The translations under genes and the position numbers were made by a program. A stretch of DNA of 52,043 nt, counting the filler, from Streblomastix strix (taxonomy: Eukaryota), in assembly GCA_008636045.1 (NCBI GenBank). It is 2 parts of 2 records of this genome, joined end to end, with 100 filler letters (N's around TTAATTAATTAA, not from the genome) between each part and the next. Parts side by side here need not be neighbours in the genome. Positions count along the whole stretch, not along the records: positions 26,119 to 52,043 come from SNRW01000184.1; 1 more part is not named here. One strand, 5' to 3'. The notes beneath the pieces were generated by a model that worked only from the letters and a program-made list of their open reading frames with translations, had not been told where the DNA came from and ran no database searches. Shown here one piece after another: positions 29,101 through 44,618 of the stretch. Within the stretch, counting starts at the first letter, position 1; each line of letters begins with the position of its first letter.

Positions 29101-32100
29101 ACATGATGAATAGGGAATTAAAGAACTTGGATATATTAATAAGATGATTAAATAGTAATAAGATGAAGAATAAATGAATGATGAAAGTGATGAAGAAGAA
29201 TAAGAACAAGAAGATTAATAATAATCTTCATTATTTGTAGAAGAAATGTGGGAAAAAGTTGCATCTGCTGGTTGGGAAGGAATTGAGAAGAAAAGAGAAA
29301 GAATATCTGGTTTATATAATATTAAATATATTTTTATTTTATTTTATATTATATTATTATTTAATAGAAAAAGAACCATCTCCATCTTACTGTATCATCC
29401 ATGTATTCCCACTTCTCTCACTTCTGGGATCGCACAGCGGAGAAATACGGAGAATTAGTTCATAAGCAATATCATCTACAGTAATACAACATAATTTTGT
29501 TACTTAGTAATTATTAGATTCCAGAGAAGAGAAGAAAAAAGAAGAAAAAGAGAAATTAAAGAAAGAAAAAGAGAAGGAAAAAGAAAATGAAGGAAAAGAT
29601 GCTGAATTGGAGAATAAAGAGAATAAATAATAATAATTTGATGAAGAAGAATCATATCATTTTCTTTCATTATAAGTCATTCCTTTGCATTGGTTGATTG
29701 ATATTATTAATTTATTGTTAGTATAATCAACTGAAATGGACAATGAAGAAATAATTGTTTATAATAAAATGAAAAGAGAAAAGATAATATAATAACAACA
29801 CATAACTATTTAATAATAGCAATAGCAATAATAATAATCTTCATCTTAATAGTAATAAATAAATCCAAAAGAAAAGAAACCATCTTCATTGACATTGTTC
29901 TTCTCTGGATTAAGCAAATAATTAAAATAAACAATTGATATAACTTAATTTAATTCACCATTCATCACTGAGATTGCAAAGTATGTTTTAAGAGATAAAT
30001 ATTAATTATTTATATATTTAATCTTTTTATTATTTTCCTTCTTGAATTTTCAGGTCTCTTCGTTCAGGATAAACATCTCCATTTAATGCAACTCCAATAA
30101 CATCAATTCTCTAAATTCTCTCCTTATTCCCAATTGATGATGAAAGATAAGGAAATAAGACAACATAAGAGAATAGATATACTGGATCTGAAGGATATGA
30201 AGATAATTAAATATAGAATTGGAATTGGAATGTTAATGGGAAATTGGCTGAATTGAGAGCTGGTATGAATAAATATTATTCAATCTATTTATATTATTTT
30301 ATTCTAATGTATTATCTATAATTTATTATAATATCAGGACTTGCACTTTCACTCTCATCTTTATCTCCATTGTTTCCTGCTCCAATTTCATAATCAATTT
30401 AATTTGGAGATGTTGTTGGTACTGTTTTGAAAGGATAGATGGTTTGTGAGATATTTGAATAAGTGATGGGAAATAATAAATTAATAAATAATTGTTATTT
30501 ATTTGTTTTTATATTTAGGTTTCATTCGGTGACAAGCAATTCCAATCAACTCTTTCTCCTTCAACATCATTCTCATCATCTTCCTTATTATAATAGCAAT
30601 AATAGTAATCATTATAATAATATCAATATTCAGCTCTCCAATAATAAAAAGGAAAGATTCTCTCAGTTCTTGAACTAGAATTCTTGATCTTAATTGGAGT
30701 ATCAGATGATAACAAAGAATCAATGAAGAGTTTTGTAGATGCAGCAATTAATATTTGTGAAGAATAAGTGTACAGAGAAAAATAAGAAAGAGATGAAGTC
30801 AGAGAAATGGACAAGAAAAGAGAATTGAAAGAGAAAGAGAAAATAAAAGTAATTGATGACATATTTGGAACAGGAAATGAGGATGAAGAAGAATTGAAGA
30901 ATGAATTGAATAAAGAAGAGAAAAAAGAATAGATTGATAAAAAAGAAGAAAAAGATTCTATTATTCTTCCTCTTAAACTTCCACAACTATTCTATTAGGT
31001 TGTTGAATAAGCAATAAAGCAAAGATAATTATAAACTTAATAATAACAACAACAATTACACTAACAATAGTAATAATAATCAGGATTCAATATAAATAAT
31101 GAACCGTAGATTAGTATTAATGGAAGACCAGATAGACTTATTTCTTCATTGCTTTAGATTGGCTCATATGTTATTTCTTCTCCTTTGTATTATGCTCCTG
31201 GATTGAAGGATAATTAATAACAGTAATAGTAATCATAATAAACACAAACATAATCAATTAATATCAATAATTAAACTAATTAAATCTTATAATAGTACAT
31301 AACATAATAGTCCACACTAGCTGAATAACAAATCTTCTCATTCTTGAAACTCTGTTTTGATGAATGTTTGAAGATCCCATCAGAGATTGTACAATACAAT
31401 ACATCAGTAGCTATATCAAGAGTGTTATCATAGCACTATGCATATCATAAGAGAATAGTATAATATAGAATCCCACTGATGATGAGTGTTCTATTGGGAA
31501 AGAAAGGAAGTGAGAAGAAAGGAATAAAAGATGATAAGAAAAATGTCAGTGAGAAGGAGAAAGGAAAGAAGAAAGACGGTGTGAAATTATATATTTATAT
31601 TAATTAATAATAATAATATTGTATTTAATTGTTTATTGTTTAATACAAATACAGATTCTGGTTAGTAATATAAAAGGGATAAAACAACATATGGATTAAG
31701 AAAAGGTGCTGCTTATGGAATAGCTGGAATTGTTGGTATGCTAATAACAATAATTGAATTTAATTTCAATTACATTATCATTTATTAATAATAGGTGCTG
31801 TTTGGAAAGAAGAGGAAATAGAAGTTATTGAAGATGATAAAGATAAAAGTAAAGATGAGAAAGAAAATGAGAAGAAGTTAAAAGATGAAGAAAAGAAAAA
31901 GAAAAAAGAAGAAAAAGAGAAGAAAAGAGAAGAGAAAGAAAGAATAAAAGAAGAGAAAAGGAAATAGAAAGAAGAATTGAAGATTAAAAAGAAGAAAGAA
32001 GAAGAATTGAAGAAGAAGGATAAGAAAAAGAAAGAAAAAGATGAAGAAGATGAAGATGATGATGAAGAAGAAGATAGTGATGATAGTGATGATGATGAAT

Positions 32101-33530
32101 CTGAATCTGAAAGTGAAGATGATGACGAAAGCGATGAAGACGAGGATGAAGAAGTTGAAGAAGAATAAAAGATAACTGAATAAACTAAAGATATTTCAGA
32201 TCAAACTAATCAATAATAGAAATAATAAATAATAAAGAAAAGATTCAGAATGAAAGGAGGAATGAATTGGTTTGTGAGATAGAGTAAAGTATTCAATACT
32301 ATTCTAACAGCTGCATCTGAGAAAGTATCTACAATAACAGCTAGAGAAGGAGCTATGATACAATTCGAGGTTCTGTTCATAAGGTTTAAATCAAAGATCG
32401 AACCTTTATTTGACTAAATTCTTCCTCACATGTTATCTGCATTGGCTGAGACTGCATTGGCTGTGAGAAGTGCAGCCAGTGATGCAACATATGCGATGAT
32501 GAAGAATATGTCTGCATTTGGTGTAAGATACGTTCTCCCATCACTTTTATACACATTACTCCCTCGTAAAGCAGATATAATACAGACATCTAAATTATAG
32601 TAGTATTAATCACCATCTTTAACTTCTCCATCTAATTCAAACCAATTAGTAATGCAAACTACTCCTCAATCTTAATCATCATAATAATCATCTTCACTTA
32701 TATAATAACAACAATAATTTGACAAAGCCATATAAATCATTGGTCTTGAAGGAATAGGCACAGAATGGCTTAAGAAGAAGATTGCACTGTAGTTTATTCA
32801 GGAAGAGAAATAAAGAGAAGAATAAAGAGAGAAAGACAGAATAGAATTGGAAAAGGAAGAAAGAGGAGAAGGAAAGAAGAAGGATAAGGATAAAGGAAGG
32901 GGGTGGAGAAAGAATAGGAAATAATAATTACAGGCTCAGTATGATGAGAGTTTTGGATAGAGTAATCAGTATAGTAAGAATTAGTATGAGTCACATTGGA
33001 GATCTAAAGTTGGTGCAATTGGAATGTTGGGGAAGATGGCTTAGATGTCTGCTGAATAACTCGGTATTTAATTATATATATATAAATGAAATATATTATT
33101 TTTTTCTTATATTAATTTTAGGCCAAGCAATGTCAGCTGTAGTTCCAACATTAACCAAAGTATTAGCAGATCCACATCCTCATATTCAAAGTGCAGCTAA
33201 ATAGGCTTTATGGGACATTGGTGCTGTTGTTGAATGCAAAGAGATTAAAGTGTGAATATTTTCGTTCTTTTAATTAATTATTTCATTGTTTGTTTATTTG
33301 CTAGTCTCGTATGTAAGAGATAATAGATGCACTTTGTGATGTGACTAAGACTGAAACTATTCTTCAAATGTTGTTGGGTGAAAGTATGAAACTAATTAAA
33401 TATAAAAAAGAATTTAAATAATTGAATATAAAATTAAACCAATATAATTTTAATATATTTTAATATATTTTATTATTATTATTATTATTATTATTAATAT
33501 TATTATTATTATTATTAATATTATTATTAA

Positions 33531-33576
<46 letters not shown>

Positions 33577-33596
33577 ATTATTATTATTAATATTAA

Positions 33597-33683
<87 letters not shown>

Positions 33684-36600
33684 AATAGAAGATAAGAAAG
33701 ACATAGAAGATGAAGAGACTGAAAGACTCCTTAAGTCCAGAAGAGAGATGTTAATGAGTGGAGAAGAAGGGATTAATAAAGAAAATGAATAAGAAGGAGA
33801 AAGAGAAGATAAAGACAATTAGAAGAAGAATAATGAAGATGGAAATGAAGTTGAGAAATTGACTGAAGAAGATGGAAATAAGGATAAATAGGAAGATGTG
33901 AGTAAATTGAAGAAGTTGAGTGAAGATAAACAGTTGCTTGTTTTAGATCCATCATCTTTCGCACTTGTATTTCCAATTATTTTGAGGTACTAATATTTAT
34001 TTTGTTATTTAATATAATTTATAAATTTTATTGTTACTTCAGAGGTCTAAGATCAAGATTAGCTAATACACGAGTAAAAGCATTAAGAGCAACCGGGAAT
34101 TTATCAATGATGGTTTGTATTGAATGAAAATTATTTAACATATTTTATTGATATATTTAATTATTTATTATTTATAATTGCAGGTTCCATCACGTGAACT
34201 TTCTCCATACATGTCAGATTTAATTCCATATTTGAAACAAGCCCTTCTTGATACAGCTTAATACAGAGAATGTGCTTCTTAAGCATTAGCTGTACTTGTT
34301 TAAGGATTAGGTATGCTGATATTTAAATGAAAATAATATGTGATAATAATGAGATTTACTTTATCTTTTTTAATAATACCTTTCTAAACATCAGGAGAAT
34401 AATCTCTTCTTGGTATAGTTGATTGGATGCTAAAAGTTCTTTGGTCAGGTGGAAGCGAAGGAAATATTACCAGTGGTTTGAATGAAAAAATGAATTTAAG
34501 AAGAAAATACAATATTATTACTAATTTTATAATCTATTTTATTCTATAATAGACAAAGATTAAATTGGAAAAGGAGGTGGATTAGTTGGTGTTGCGAGTG
34601 GTTTAGCTTCTGTTATTGGAGTTTAGGTATAATTACAATTATTAATACTAAATCCTTCATATATTTATTCCTTTGTTTTATTATTATTAAGGGCCTCCCA
34701 CGTCTTCGATCAATTCTGAACTCATTATTATCAGGTCTTACATCAGATAATAAATATGTTAGAGAAGGATTTCTTCACTGCTTCTAATTCTTGCCTGGTT
34801 CTATGAAAGAAGATTTTGAAGGAGTTATTGGTTTGATATTGAATGGAATAAATAAAGAAAAAATAAGAAAAAATATAGAATTAAATATATATAAATAAAA
34901 TATATTTTATATTTATTTACTATTTCTATTATCTATATTCATCATAAAGGTGATGTTCTTTGGCGTGTATTGAGATGCACTGGAGATTAAGAGAGTGAGT
35001 AATGCAGAGAGACAGCCATGAGTGCTGTATGACGATAATCAAAATAATTAATTATTAATTCACAATATTTATTTATATTTAAATTAATTTATCACAGGTT
35101 CGTATGATAGTTCTGACTTATGCGATGTCAACAAACACAAAAATGACATAATAATACAATATTAATCAGTAACAATAATAGCCAACTGAAGAAGATAATA
35201 AAAAAGACAAGAATCAAAAAAGAAATCAAAAGAAGAACCAAATATCAGGAATATAAACACTATAAAATGTTGATTAATAATTGACATAGCCAACATAATA
35301 ATAATAAATATTCTCATCATTCTTCCTAATGTTTTAATTGTTCCTCGATGAACTATCAAATAATAAAAATGAAAGAGTAAGGTTATGCTGTATAAAAATG
35401 ATTGACTTGACAATTATTGAAGCATCAGGTTTGAAAAATTATATTTAGTGAGTATTGAAAATAAAAATAAATTACAATCACATTTTTATTATTTTTTTCT
35501 TTTTCTATTTTATTAATATTATTTTTTATATTTAGGTATGGGTCAAACTAAAAAAGCCAAAATTAAGAGATTGCAAAAGAAAGCATTGAAATTAAGAAGA
35601 GAAAAAGAAAAGAAACAAAAGAAGCTGGAAAAAATGAAGAAAATTAAAGGAAAGTTGGAAGAAAAGAAAGAAAGAGAAAGAAAAGATAGAAAAGCTGATT
35701 TAAAGAGGAAAAGAGAAGAGAAATGGGAAGAATCAGTATGAATATAATTTAGATTCATTTATTCATATATATTATTCATATATATTATTCATATTAATAG
35801 GAAGAGAAGCTGATGAAAAGGGATAAGAGAGTGAAATCAGTTCGTAAATAGAAGAAGATGATGAAGAATAGAGAGAAAAGAGAAAGAGATGAAGGAAGAG
35901 TGAAGAAATAAAGAGATAAAGGAACTGGAGAAAAGAAAGAAGATAATAAACAGAAGGAAGAAGATGATGATGAAGATGAGAAAGAAGATGAGAAAGAAGA
36001 AGAAGAAGAAGAAAGTGAGGAAGAAAGTGATGAAGAAGAAGAAGAAGATTAAGAAGAGGAAGATGAAGATAATAATTCTATTTCTGAAGATGATGATGAT
36101 GAAGATGAAGATTTGAGTAGTGATGAAGAAAGTGATGATGATGAAGAAGAGGAAGAAAATTAGAAGAAAGGAACTGGTTTGAGTGAATATAAACTAATAT
36201 TATTATTTATTTTTATTTATATTATATTTATGAATAGGTTTAGTAGTTGGCTCATGGACATATCAGCAGAATATTGACAAGACAATTGATGGGATGCTGA
36301 ATGAAAAATAAAGAATGGCTCTATTTGCATCTTTGTATATTGCAAGATTTGATACAAATAGAGAAGTTAGAAATGAAGCTATGAGAGTGTGGAAGGTATG
36401 AATTATGAAAATGATTAAATTTTTATATAAAATACAAATAGTAAATATTGATCATATTTTCATTATTTACTTTTTTTATCATTTCCATAATATATTTATT
36501 TAATACAGGCATTTGTAGTTAATCCTCCAAAAACAGTGAAATAACTTCTCCCAACATTACTCCGACGTCTTTCTGAGATGCTTTCATCACATCCATCTTC

Positions 36601-39600
36601 ATATTCTTAGCAATATGGAATTAATATGAATATTAAATATTACGTAGGAAAAGGTATTTAATAATTTATTGAAATAAAAGAAAAGCAAATAAATAATATT
36701 TATTTATTTTTTAATTTCTCACAGATCAACCACAATCTCTCTCATCGCAATCAGCAGATGACATTTTCGGAAACAACAACAATGAGAAAGACTTAATTAA
36801 CAGGAAGAGCATTCAATTATCCCAATAACAGTAGTTATAAGAAAGAAGAGAGAAATTAGGAATAAAAGAGACTAAAGATTCAAAAGATAATAAAGACAAT
36901 TAATACAGCGATGATTAACAGAGAGTAATGGAGATGATTATGGATGAAGAGAATGAATGGAGGAAGGAAATTGCATCTGAATGTTTGACTGATTTGACTT
37001 CAAAGGTTAAAATTTATTGAATAATTAATTGAAATATAGATTTGAATTTTTATTATAACTTTGCATTAACATTATTTTATTTTGTTTCGTTTATAATTCA
37101 AATATATATAGGCTGGAGAATAAACATTTACAACTCTTATTCCACTAATTTCGTCAGATTTAACATCTTCAAGGTCAACATAATCAGTTAAAATTGGTAT
37201 GATATTAAAAATGTTTTTGAATTTTTTATTCTATCAATAATCTTATAGGTGCTTGTATTGGTCTTTCTTCTCTTCTTGCTGCTGCAAATAAATCCTTAGT
37301 TTAAACACATTCACCATCAATTATATCTTGTATTAGAATTGCAATTTGTGATGAGGTTTATATAAAATAGTTATTGAAAAAGTAATTAATTTTGATGTGA
37401 TATATACTGAAATAAATAAAATAAAAATAATTTTTTAATTATCTATAAATATATTAGGATCCACTTGTCCGAGAACAAGCTGCAGTAGCCTTTGGCATCC
37501 TATGGAAGTTATTTAATAATGTTGTTCTTAACAGAATATTACCTCCATTATTCTAATTGTTAGAAGGAAAGAAAGGATTGATTGGAATTGTTGGAATTGA
37601 AGAAGAAGAAGATTAGGATGAAGAAGATGAAGAAGAAGAAAGTGAAGAAGAAGAATCTGAAAGTGAGAGTGAAGAAGATGAAGATGAAGATTAAGATGAT
37701 GAAGATGAAGATAAAAAAGGAAAAGAAATTCCAAAAACTAAAAAAGAAGATAAATAGAAGTAAAAATAATCTAAATAGCCTCAACTATAATAATAATATC
37801 TCAATGCATAAAACGCTCTTTGGGGACTTAGAGAAATAGTTGCTGTTAATCCTGCTAAAATATTCCCAGTTTATATGTAATATATTGTGAAGATGAAGTT
37901 TAATGCAAGCACAAGTTACTCAGGAGAAAAAGAGAAGGAAGATGGTATGAAGAAATATAAAAAAAATTGATGAAGAAAAAATAATAAAAGTGTAATTTAT
38001 ATTTCCTTTTTAATATTTCTTATACTTATTTTACATCCCAGATGAAATCTCACCGATTTCGCAGCAGAATCAACAACAGTAGAAGAAACAATCAGCGTAA
38101 AATAAAAAAGGGAAGAAATCAGAGGAAGATGAAATGCCTGCTGCCACTGAAAAAGCGAGAAAGAAATGTTAAGAAGCTGGATTAGATCATGTTCTTTCAT
38201 TGGGTATGAATGATAGTGATAGAAATAAATTAATTAAACAATTTCAAACTAACAATTTTTTTTACTTTATTATTATTTATTAATTAAATAGGTGCCTCTT
38301 CTTCATTGGCTTTGATGTCAGATGTAGCTGGTGATATAATGAGTAAATAATCTTTAACACTTGTTCCAATGCTACTGGAAACTTTATAAGTATATACAAA
38401 TGAATTATTGAAAGAAAATTTTTGTTTATTTATTTTTATATATAAATTCAATTTCTTCATCTTCAACTTATTTATTTAGGCCTCAGATTACATTCGTGTT
38501 GAAGTAGAGAAAGAAACATTAAGACTAGAAAGACTATAGAAGATATTATTGAGTAAAGAAAAGAGATTAAACAAAGAAAGATAAAGAAAAGAAAAAGAAC
38601 TGAAGAAGAAATTGGCTGAGAAGAAGAAAGAGAAGGAAAGAAAGAAGAAAGAAAAATAAAGACAGAAAATGAAAGCGAAAGCTAAAAGCAAACTCGCAGT
38701 TGGAAAGAAATAGAATAAAGATTAAGAAGAAGATGATGAAGAAGAAGATGAAGAGGATGAAGATGAAGAAGAACTTGAAATAAAAGACACGGAAGAAGAA
38801 ATTAAGTTATAAATTGAATTGGAGGAATTTGAGTTAAAAGAATTTAATTTAATCTTAGCTTCAGAAGTTGAGAAGAGAATGATGGCATCTGTGAGGTCTG
38901 AATAAGTTATTTTAATAACTAAATATATTATTCCTATATTTAATACATTTTAATTATAATATAATCATATTAGAACAATCGCTAGAGGAATGGTAAACAG
39001 TGCTCCAAACTTAATATTTGATGAAATAAATAGAAACATGATAATCAACGATGAAATTGGAGCAGTTAAATCAAAAGATAAGGACATAAAGAATAAAGAT
39101 AATGAATAGGATAAATAAAGTACATAAAAACAAGAAAAGGGGAAAGAAGGTTAAAAAGGGAAAGAAAATTTAACATTGAATGAAAAGATGAAACTTGGTC
39201 AGACAAATGGGAATGAATGGTAGAAGGGAGAGTATCACTTTGAATAGTACAACAATAATACTCAATAATTGGATGATTTCATTAAATTATAGAAATAAGG
39301 TAGTTTAAATCAGAATATAAATCAAATTTAAACTCCATTAAAAAAGACTTAAAAAGAAAAAGAAGAGGAATATTAAATGAAGTTGGTTTGGAGAAGGAAG
39401 ATGTATAGGTTTGAAATAATGCAAAAAATTGAAATAGAAATATTTTTATTAATTGATTAATTGATAATATTATTAATTTTCTATATAATTAAATATTATA
39501 ATTCATCAGATAATGGTCTGTCTGGCTTGTAGGTGCAATATTTGCTAATAAAATGAAAGATCTGATTGAAATGAATCCAAATATTACAGCTGAAGAGAAA

Positions 39601-42097
39601 GAAAAAGAGAAAGAAAGAGAAAAAGAGATTTAAAAGCAAAAAGAGAAGGAAAAGAAGAAGAAAGAAAAAGAGAAAAACAAAAAAGCAAATAAATCAGATG
39701 ATGAAGAAGATGAAGATAAAGATGAGAATGAAGAAAGTGATGAAGAAGAAGATGAAAATGAAGAAAGTGAAGATGAAGAAGATGAAGATGAAGAACCTTT
39801 ACGTGTTACATCTGATGTAGCAATCGAAGCTGCAAAATCATTACTTCAATTATCTGATGTTGATGAATAAGAACTTTAAAATATTACATTTGAAATTGAA
39901 AAAGAAGACATAGAAATTTAATAAAAAGAACAAGAAGAAGCATAAATTAAGAATAAAATTAAGAATACTGATAAGAATTAAGTAAAAGATACTAAAAGGA
40001 ACAAGAGAAAGAGTAAAAAGATTGAAATTGAAGAAGAATCAGAAGATTCTGATGAAGATGAATCTAACGATGAAGATGAAGAAGAAAAAATAAAAGAGAA
40101 ACAGAAAAATTAGAAGAAAGTATTGAGAACACTTGGAATTACATTATAGACATCATTGCGTGTTATTCTCGGTATTAATATTACCTTAACTATTTTTTTA
40201 TTTAATTTATTGGATTTCTAACTTTTATTTATTTATTCTTTTATTTCCAAAATTATATATATATTAATTTTATTTAATATAGCAACATTGTAATAACCAG
40301 ATATTCTTGAATTTGTAGAAGATTCCTATCCAATTATACAAACAGCAGAAAGAAGAGTAAAAGAAAGAATGAAAATAAGGAATGTAGATTATGAGAATGA
40401 AGATGATGAAGATGAAGAGGATGATTATTTGAATATTAATATGATTGATGGGAAAAATGAAATTGAATGGGAAGAAGAAGTCGATGTTGATAGTGGTATT
40501 AATGAATAAGAGAGATAAATATTATAATAGAAAAGAAGACAATAAAGGATACAAGAATACAAATTTGTATAAAAAGCGGTTAAAAAGTATGCGTATGCGA
40601 AATATCCACTATTGATTACTAGTACAATGTAAGGAGCTTAAGCGATGCTGAATACTTTATAGACTGGTTTGAAAGAAAAAAAATTAGCTTAGAATAATTT
40701 ATTATTTTTTATTTAACGTTCAAATTTATTTTATTTTATTTTTATTTATTATAGGACTATTTGCATCATAAACAAAGGCATGCGCTGCTGCTGCAAAGTC
40801 TATTGGAATATTTATTCGGTAAGCAAATATAATAAACTATTATGCATTTATAAAAATCAATTTTATAATTATTTTTTATAATCTTTTTGAATAGAACAAC
40901 TCCTCCTGTTATTCTTTGGAAGTTAATAGCAAAAATAGCTGGTCCACTAGTGTGAGAATAATTATAGAGAAAAATTTATAAAAATAAATATTTACTTATT
41001 ATTATATAATATATAAAGATTCGAATATTAGGGTAGAAGTGTAATGCTGTGGCAAAAGTTGGATTGTTGGGAGCTCTCGAATCATTTATGTAATCACCAG
41101 TTGGTATGTAAGAATTAATTATTTGAATTAGTTAAATATTATTATATATATAATTCATTTATTGCTATTTATTAATATATACCATTAGGACCACTTCTTC
41201 AATCATATGTAACAGCCGCACTTCCATATTTATATCACTCAATTACTGACCCATAAATTGAAGTTAGATAGGTATTGCAATTAAATAAGTTTAATTGAAA
41301 ATTAATTTTATTCATCTTTCCAAATTCTCCATAATTTTCAAATAATTATCTTTATTCTTATACAAAGGCTGGTCTATCATGTTTCCTATCAACAGTGCCA
41401 TATATATCCAGAATAGACCCAGTTGTCAAAGAATTGAAAGATATAATAATAATGGGAATAAATATTGCAAAAGGAATAGTCAATATATAAGATATTAGAG
41501 GATAAGGAGGAGGAGCGCAAGGAAGTGGAGGTATTGGAATATAAATATATGAGAATTTTGTATAATTTGAGAATTAATTATTAATTTTATGTTTTATTTA
41601 TTTATAGATAAAGTAAGTTCAACTATTCTTTCAGCAACAGCTTTTGCTACTTCTGATCCTATTATGCCTGATGATGATGAAATTGTATTTTAATAATTTA
41701 TAAATATTTTTGTTATTTATTTTATTTGTCTATATTTTTTATAGGGTTCAGAATATGGTGCAAATAAAATGAGGAAAACAAAAACATTCTTTAATCAATA
41801 AATAAAAACTTCAGTGAAGAAAGAGCCTACTGTAACTCAATTAGGTTTCTCTTTAGATATTGCTTTAAAAATATTGGCTAAAGTTTTGACTGTTCATGCG
41901 GGTATGTGATTATTATATTCAATAATGAAAATATTCATTAAATATATTATTTACAATTTTTCCATTCCATCCTTATGTATATTCTTCATTTTTCATTAAT
42001 TTAAGGATCTATTACAAACATTATTCTTCAATCACTCTACCCAATCTTAGTCATAGAAGGTCTCAATGCCTGTTGCAACATAAATAACAATCCATCT

Positions 42098-42128
<31 letters not shown>

Positions 42129-44415
42129 ATGTAACAACAGCCTTTGGTATTGGATAAGGAGGAATGGGTGTGAATGTGAGTGTTAATGAAAGAGATGGGA
42201 GAGATTAATAAGCTGGTTAAGATAGAGAGAGAGTTGGATAGACTGGAGCTGGTATTGGATAAGGAAATGCTGATAATAAGATCACGTATCCGAGTCCATT
42301 TGCTACAAATTAAGGGTTTAAGTAAATAATGGCTGAAGCTGTAGGTGCTTATGGAAGAGCTGTTGGAGTAAAGATATTCACGGCTCAACAGATACAATAA
42401 TAAATAGAATAATAATAGCAATAACAGCAATCTTCCTCACCTGCATCTTCTTTATTCTTCACTCTTCTATCCTCCACACAAACAACATTAGAGTTATAAC
42501 TTGTATTAGATACCCTTCTTGCTCGCCCTGTTCCTCATTCACTGAGATCTTTCATGGGAAGTGGAGGTTGTTATATTAATTTATTATTGATTTAGATTAT
42601 TAAAAAAATTATTGAAAGAAATATATCTATTTATTGTTCTATATATTTAAAATATTATCTTATTTTTAATCAGGTGCAAGTGGAATTGGTGTTGCTGAAA
42701 TGGCTGCATTAAAGAAAGCATATAACTCACAGATATAATCTTCATCTTCTTCAACTTCAATACAACTAATTAATAATTATCATTATTCTACATATGATCA
42801 TTAGTTTGTAATGTTATTGGCACAAGGCAGTAATGATGTTATTTTCTCTCCAAAGCCGATTATTTAAAAGAAAGATTTAGAAGAGTCAAAAGAAGTGAAT
42901 AAAAAGAAGAAGAATAGTTTGATGGATGATGAATATGAAGATGAAATTGAATAGAGAGAAGATAACAATGAAGGTGAAGATTAAGATAAGAAGAAGAAAG
43001 AAGGAAGCAAATGGTAAATACAATCAGCGAATCCTAACGAACCATAACTCAAGTTTTCTCCAGTGAAGTATTCATTTGGACATTCTCAATCAGATGTTGA
43101 CAGTCGCTATATTCATCTTCTCTCTTTAGCTGCTCTGTTATCTCGTCCTTCATATTCTACTTCCTAATCTTCTACTCAATCATCAACAACACAGTCATCT
43201 CCTTATTCATTATTATAGAGTGCATACAATCAGCAGAAGTCTGCTTATACTACAAGTGCTGTTAAAGTGGCTGCTGCTGCAATAGGTAATATTAAATGGA
43301 TAAATTTGATTTAAAAATGAAATAATTTATGAATATCAATTTTTATTTTTTTTTTGTTTTTCTTTTTATTTTATTTATTTATAAATTCATTATATTCAGG
43401 AATACTCATTCCAGCTTCATCAGCAGCTGTATCTAAACAAGATCCAAAAGCTAAAGATAAAGATAAAAAAGAAGGAGATGATAAGATGACATTAAATATA
43501 AACTCCACTCAGATTATAATTAATAGAGCATCAATGCGCAAAGGAAGCCGAATTGTTTAGTAATTATCTTAATCATTTTCATCTTCTCAGCCATTATCAA
43601 CTCTTTCATAAGTTTCTTATTCAATATTAACACCTTAAGTTCTTGCTGAGATTGCTTGCTTCCTTGTTGTTGCTTAATCTGAGATCAAAGTATGAAACAA
43701 TTCCTTTATTTCATATTATTATTTAAAAATGCATTCTTAATTAATTTATATTATTTTTTATATTTATAAAATGATATTAGGAACATGTTTAGTTGGCTGC
43801 TGGTAGAGCTTACAGTGGTCTGTTTAAACAGCCACTATTCCTAACTATGACCCAAGAAATAACAGAAAACCCAGAAAAAGAAGGTAATGTTTAAGATTAT
43901 TTATAATTAATTATATAAAATCTTTATTTATCTATTGTATTTTTATCATTTTTTCTTTCATTCCTAATGAAGGTGCTCCTCCAATACTTTCAGCGCTGTA
44001 ACTATTTGTTTCTACTCGAATAGTTATGTTCTTATCATCAATATATATCGATGTTCGCATATAAATTGGGCAATTGATGTATGAGACCTTTGAGGCCTAT
44101 GACAAGGTGTATATTGTGTTACACATTAAATAAACTTGTTTAATTCAATTTATTTTTTATTTATAGACCTATCCTCTTGCTTGCATAGAGATATTTGTAC
44201 CACTTCTTGTGGAAAACACCAAATCACCAAACCTCCCAACTCATGTTGCTGCAGAATCAGCGCTTCGGTTCATATGTTCCTCTTCCCCAGCACACTTAGA
44301 CGAGATTGTTTAAATCTTAAAGAAGAGTAAAGAGAAACCAGGAAACAATATAGTCCAGATTGAAAATTCAATTTCATATCTGCTTGGTCATAGAGGGATG
44401 CTGTGTGAAGAGTGA
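26119..44415 (+). CDS. GCN1: eIF2-alpha kinase activator GCN1 (HEAT-repeat protein), 5'-truncated, with roughly 40-50 short introns and many low-complexity insertions; recognisable from about 26630
   Basis: Spliced TAR=Gln translation gives GCN1 landmarks in order: LIKTAQGK...YSVEDEKWEREEKEK; GLRKGAAYGIAGIVG; AREGAMIQFE; EAASDATYAMMKNMSAFGVRYVLPSLL; WRSKVGAIGMLGKMA...VVPTLTKVLADPHPHIQSAAKQAL; LDPSSFALVFPIILRGL; VREGFLHCFQFLPG; LYIARFDTNREVRNEAMRVWKAFVVNPPKTVKQLLPTL; IAGPLIRILGQK; RIDPVVKEL; FVPLLVENTKSPNLPTHVAAESAL. Ends at TGA 44413-44415. Confidence 0.93.
33470..33680. repeat. (ATT)n microsatellite, about 210 nt with a few AAT interruptions, inside a GCN1 intron (about 33380-33688)
   Basis: Seen directly; flanked by a GT donor and a TAG acceptor. 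Confidence 0.95.
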
Positions 44416-44618
44416 CAAAAATGATTCGAATGATCTTACTTAGAATTACCCTATAAATGAGTGTTTAATTTTTTTATTATTAATAAACACGAAACACGAG
44501 TCTTTGAACAAATTTTTGTTAAGAAATTATTTTTTCAATTTGATGTTAGTGTGTAAAAATGGTTTCTAACTCATAATAACCGAAAACTCGAGCATTTTCC
44601 TTGCAATAAAACAGCAAA

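Noticed and set aside
33450..33818. Poly-Ile ORF; likewise the poly-Asn ORF at 25857-26066
   Set aside because: These are translations of intronic trinucleotide microsatellites.
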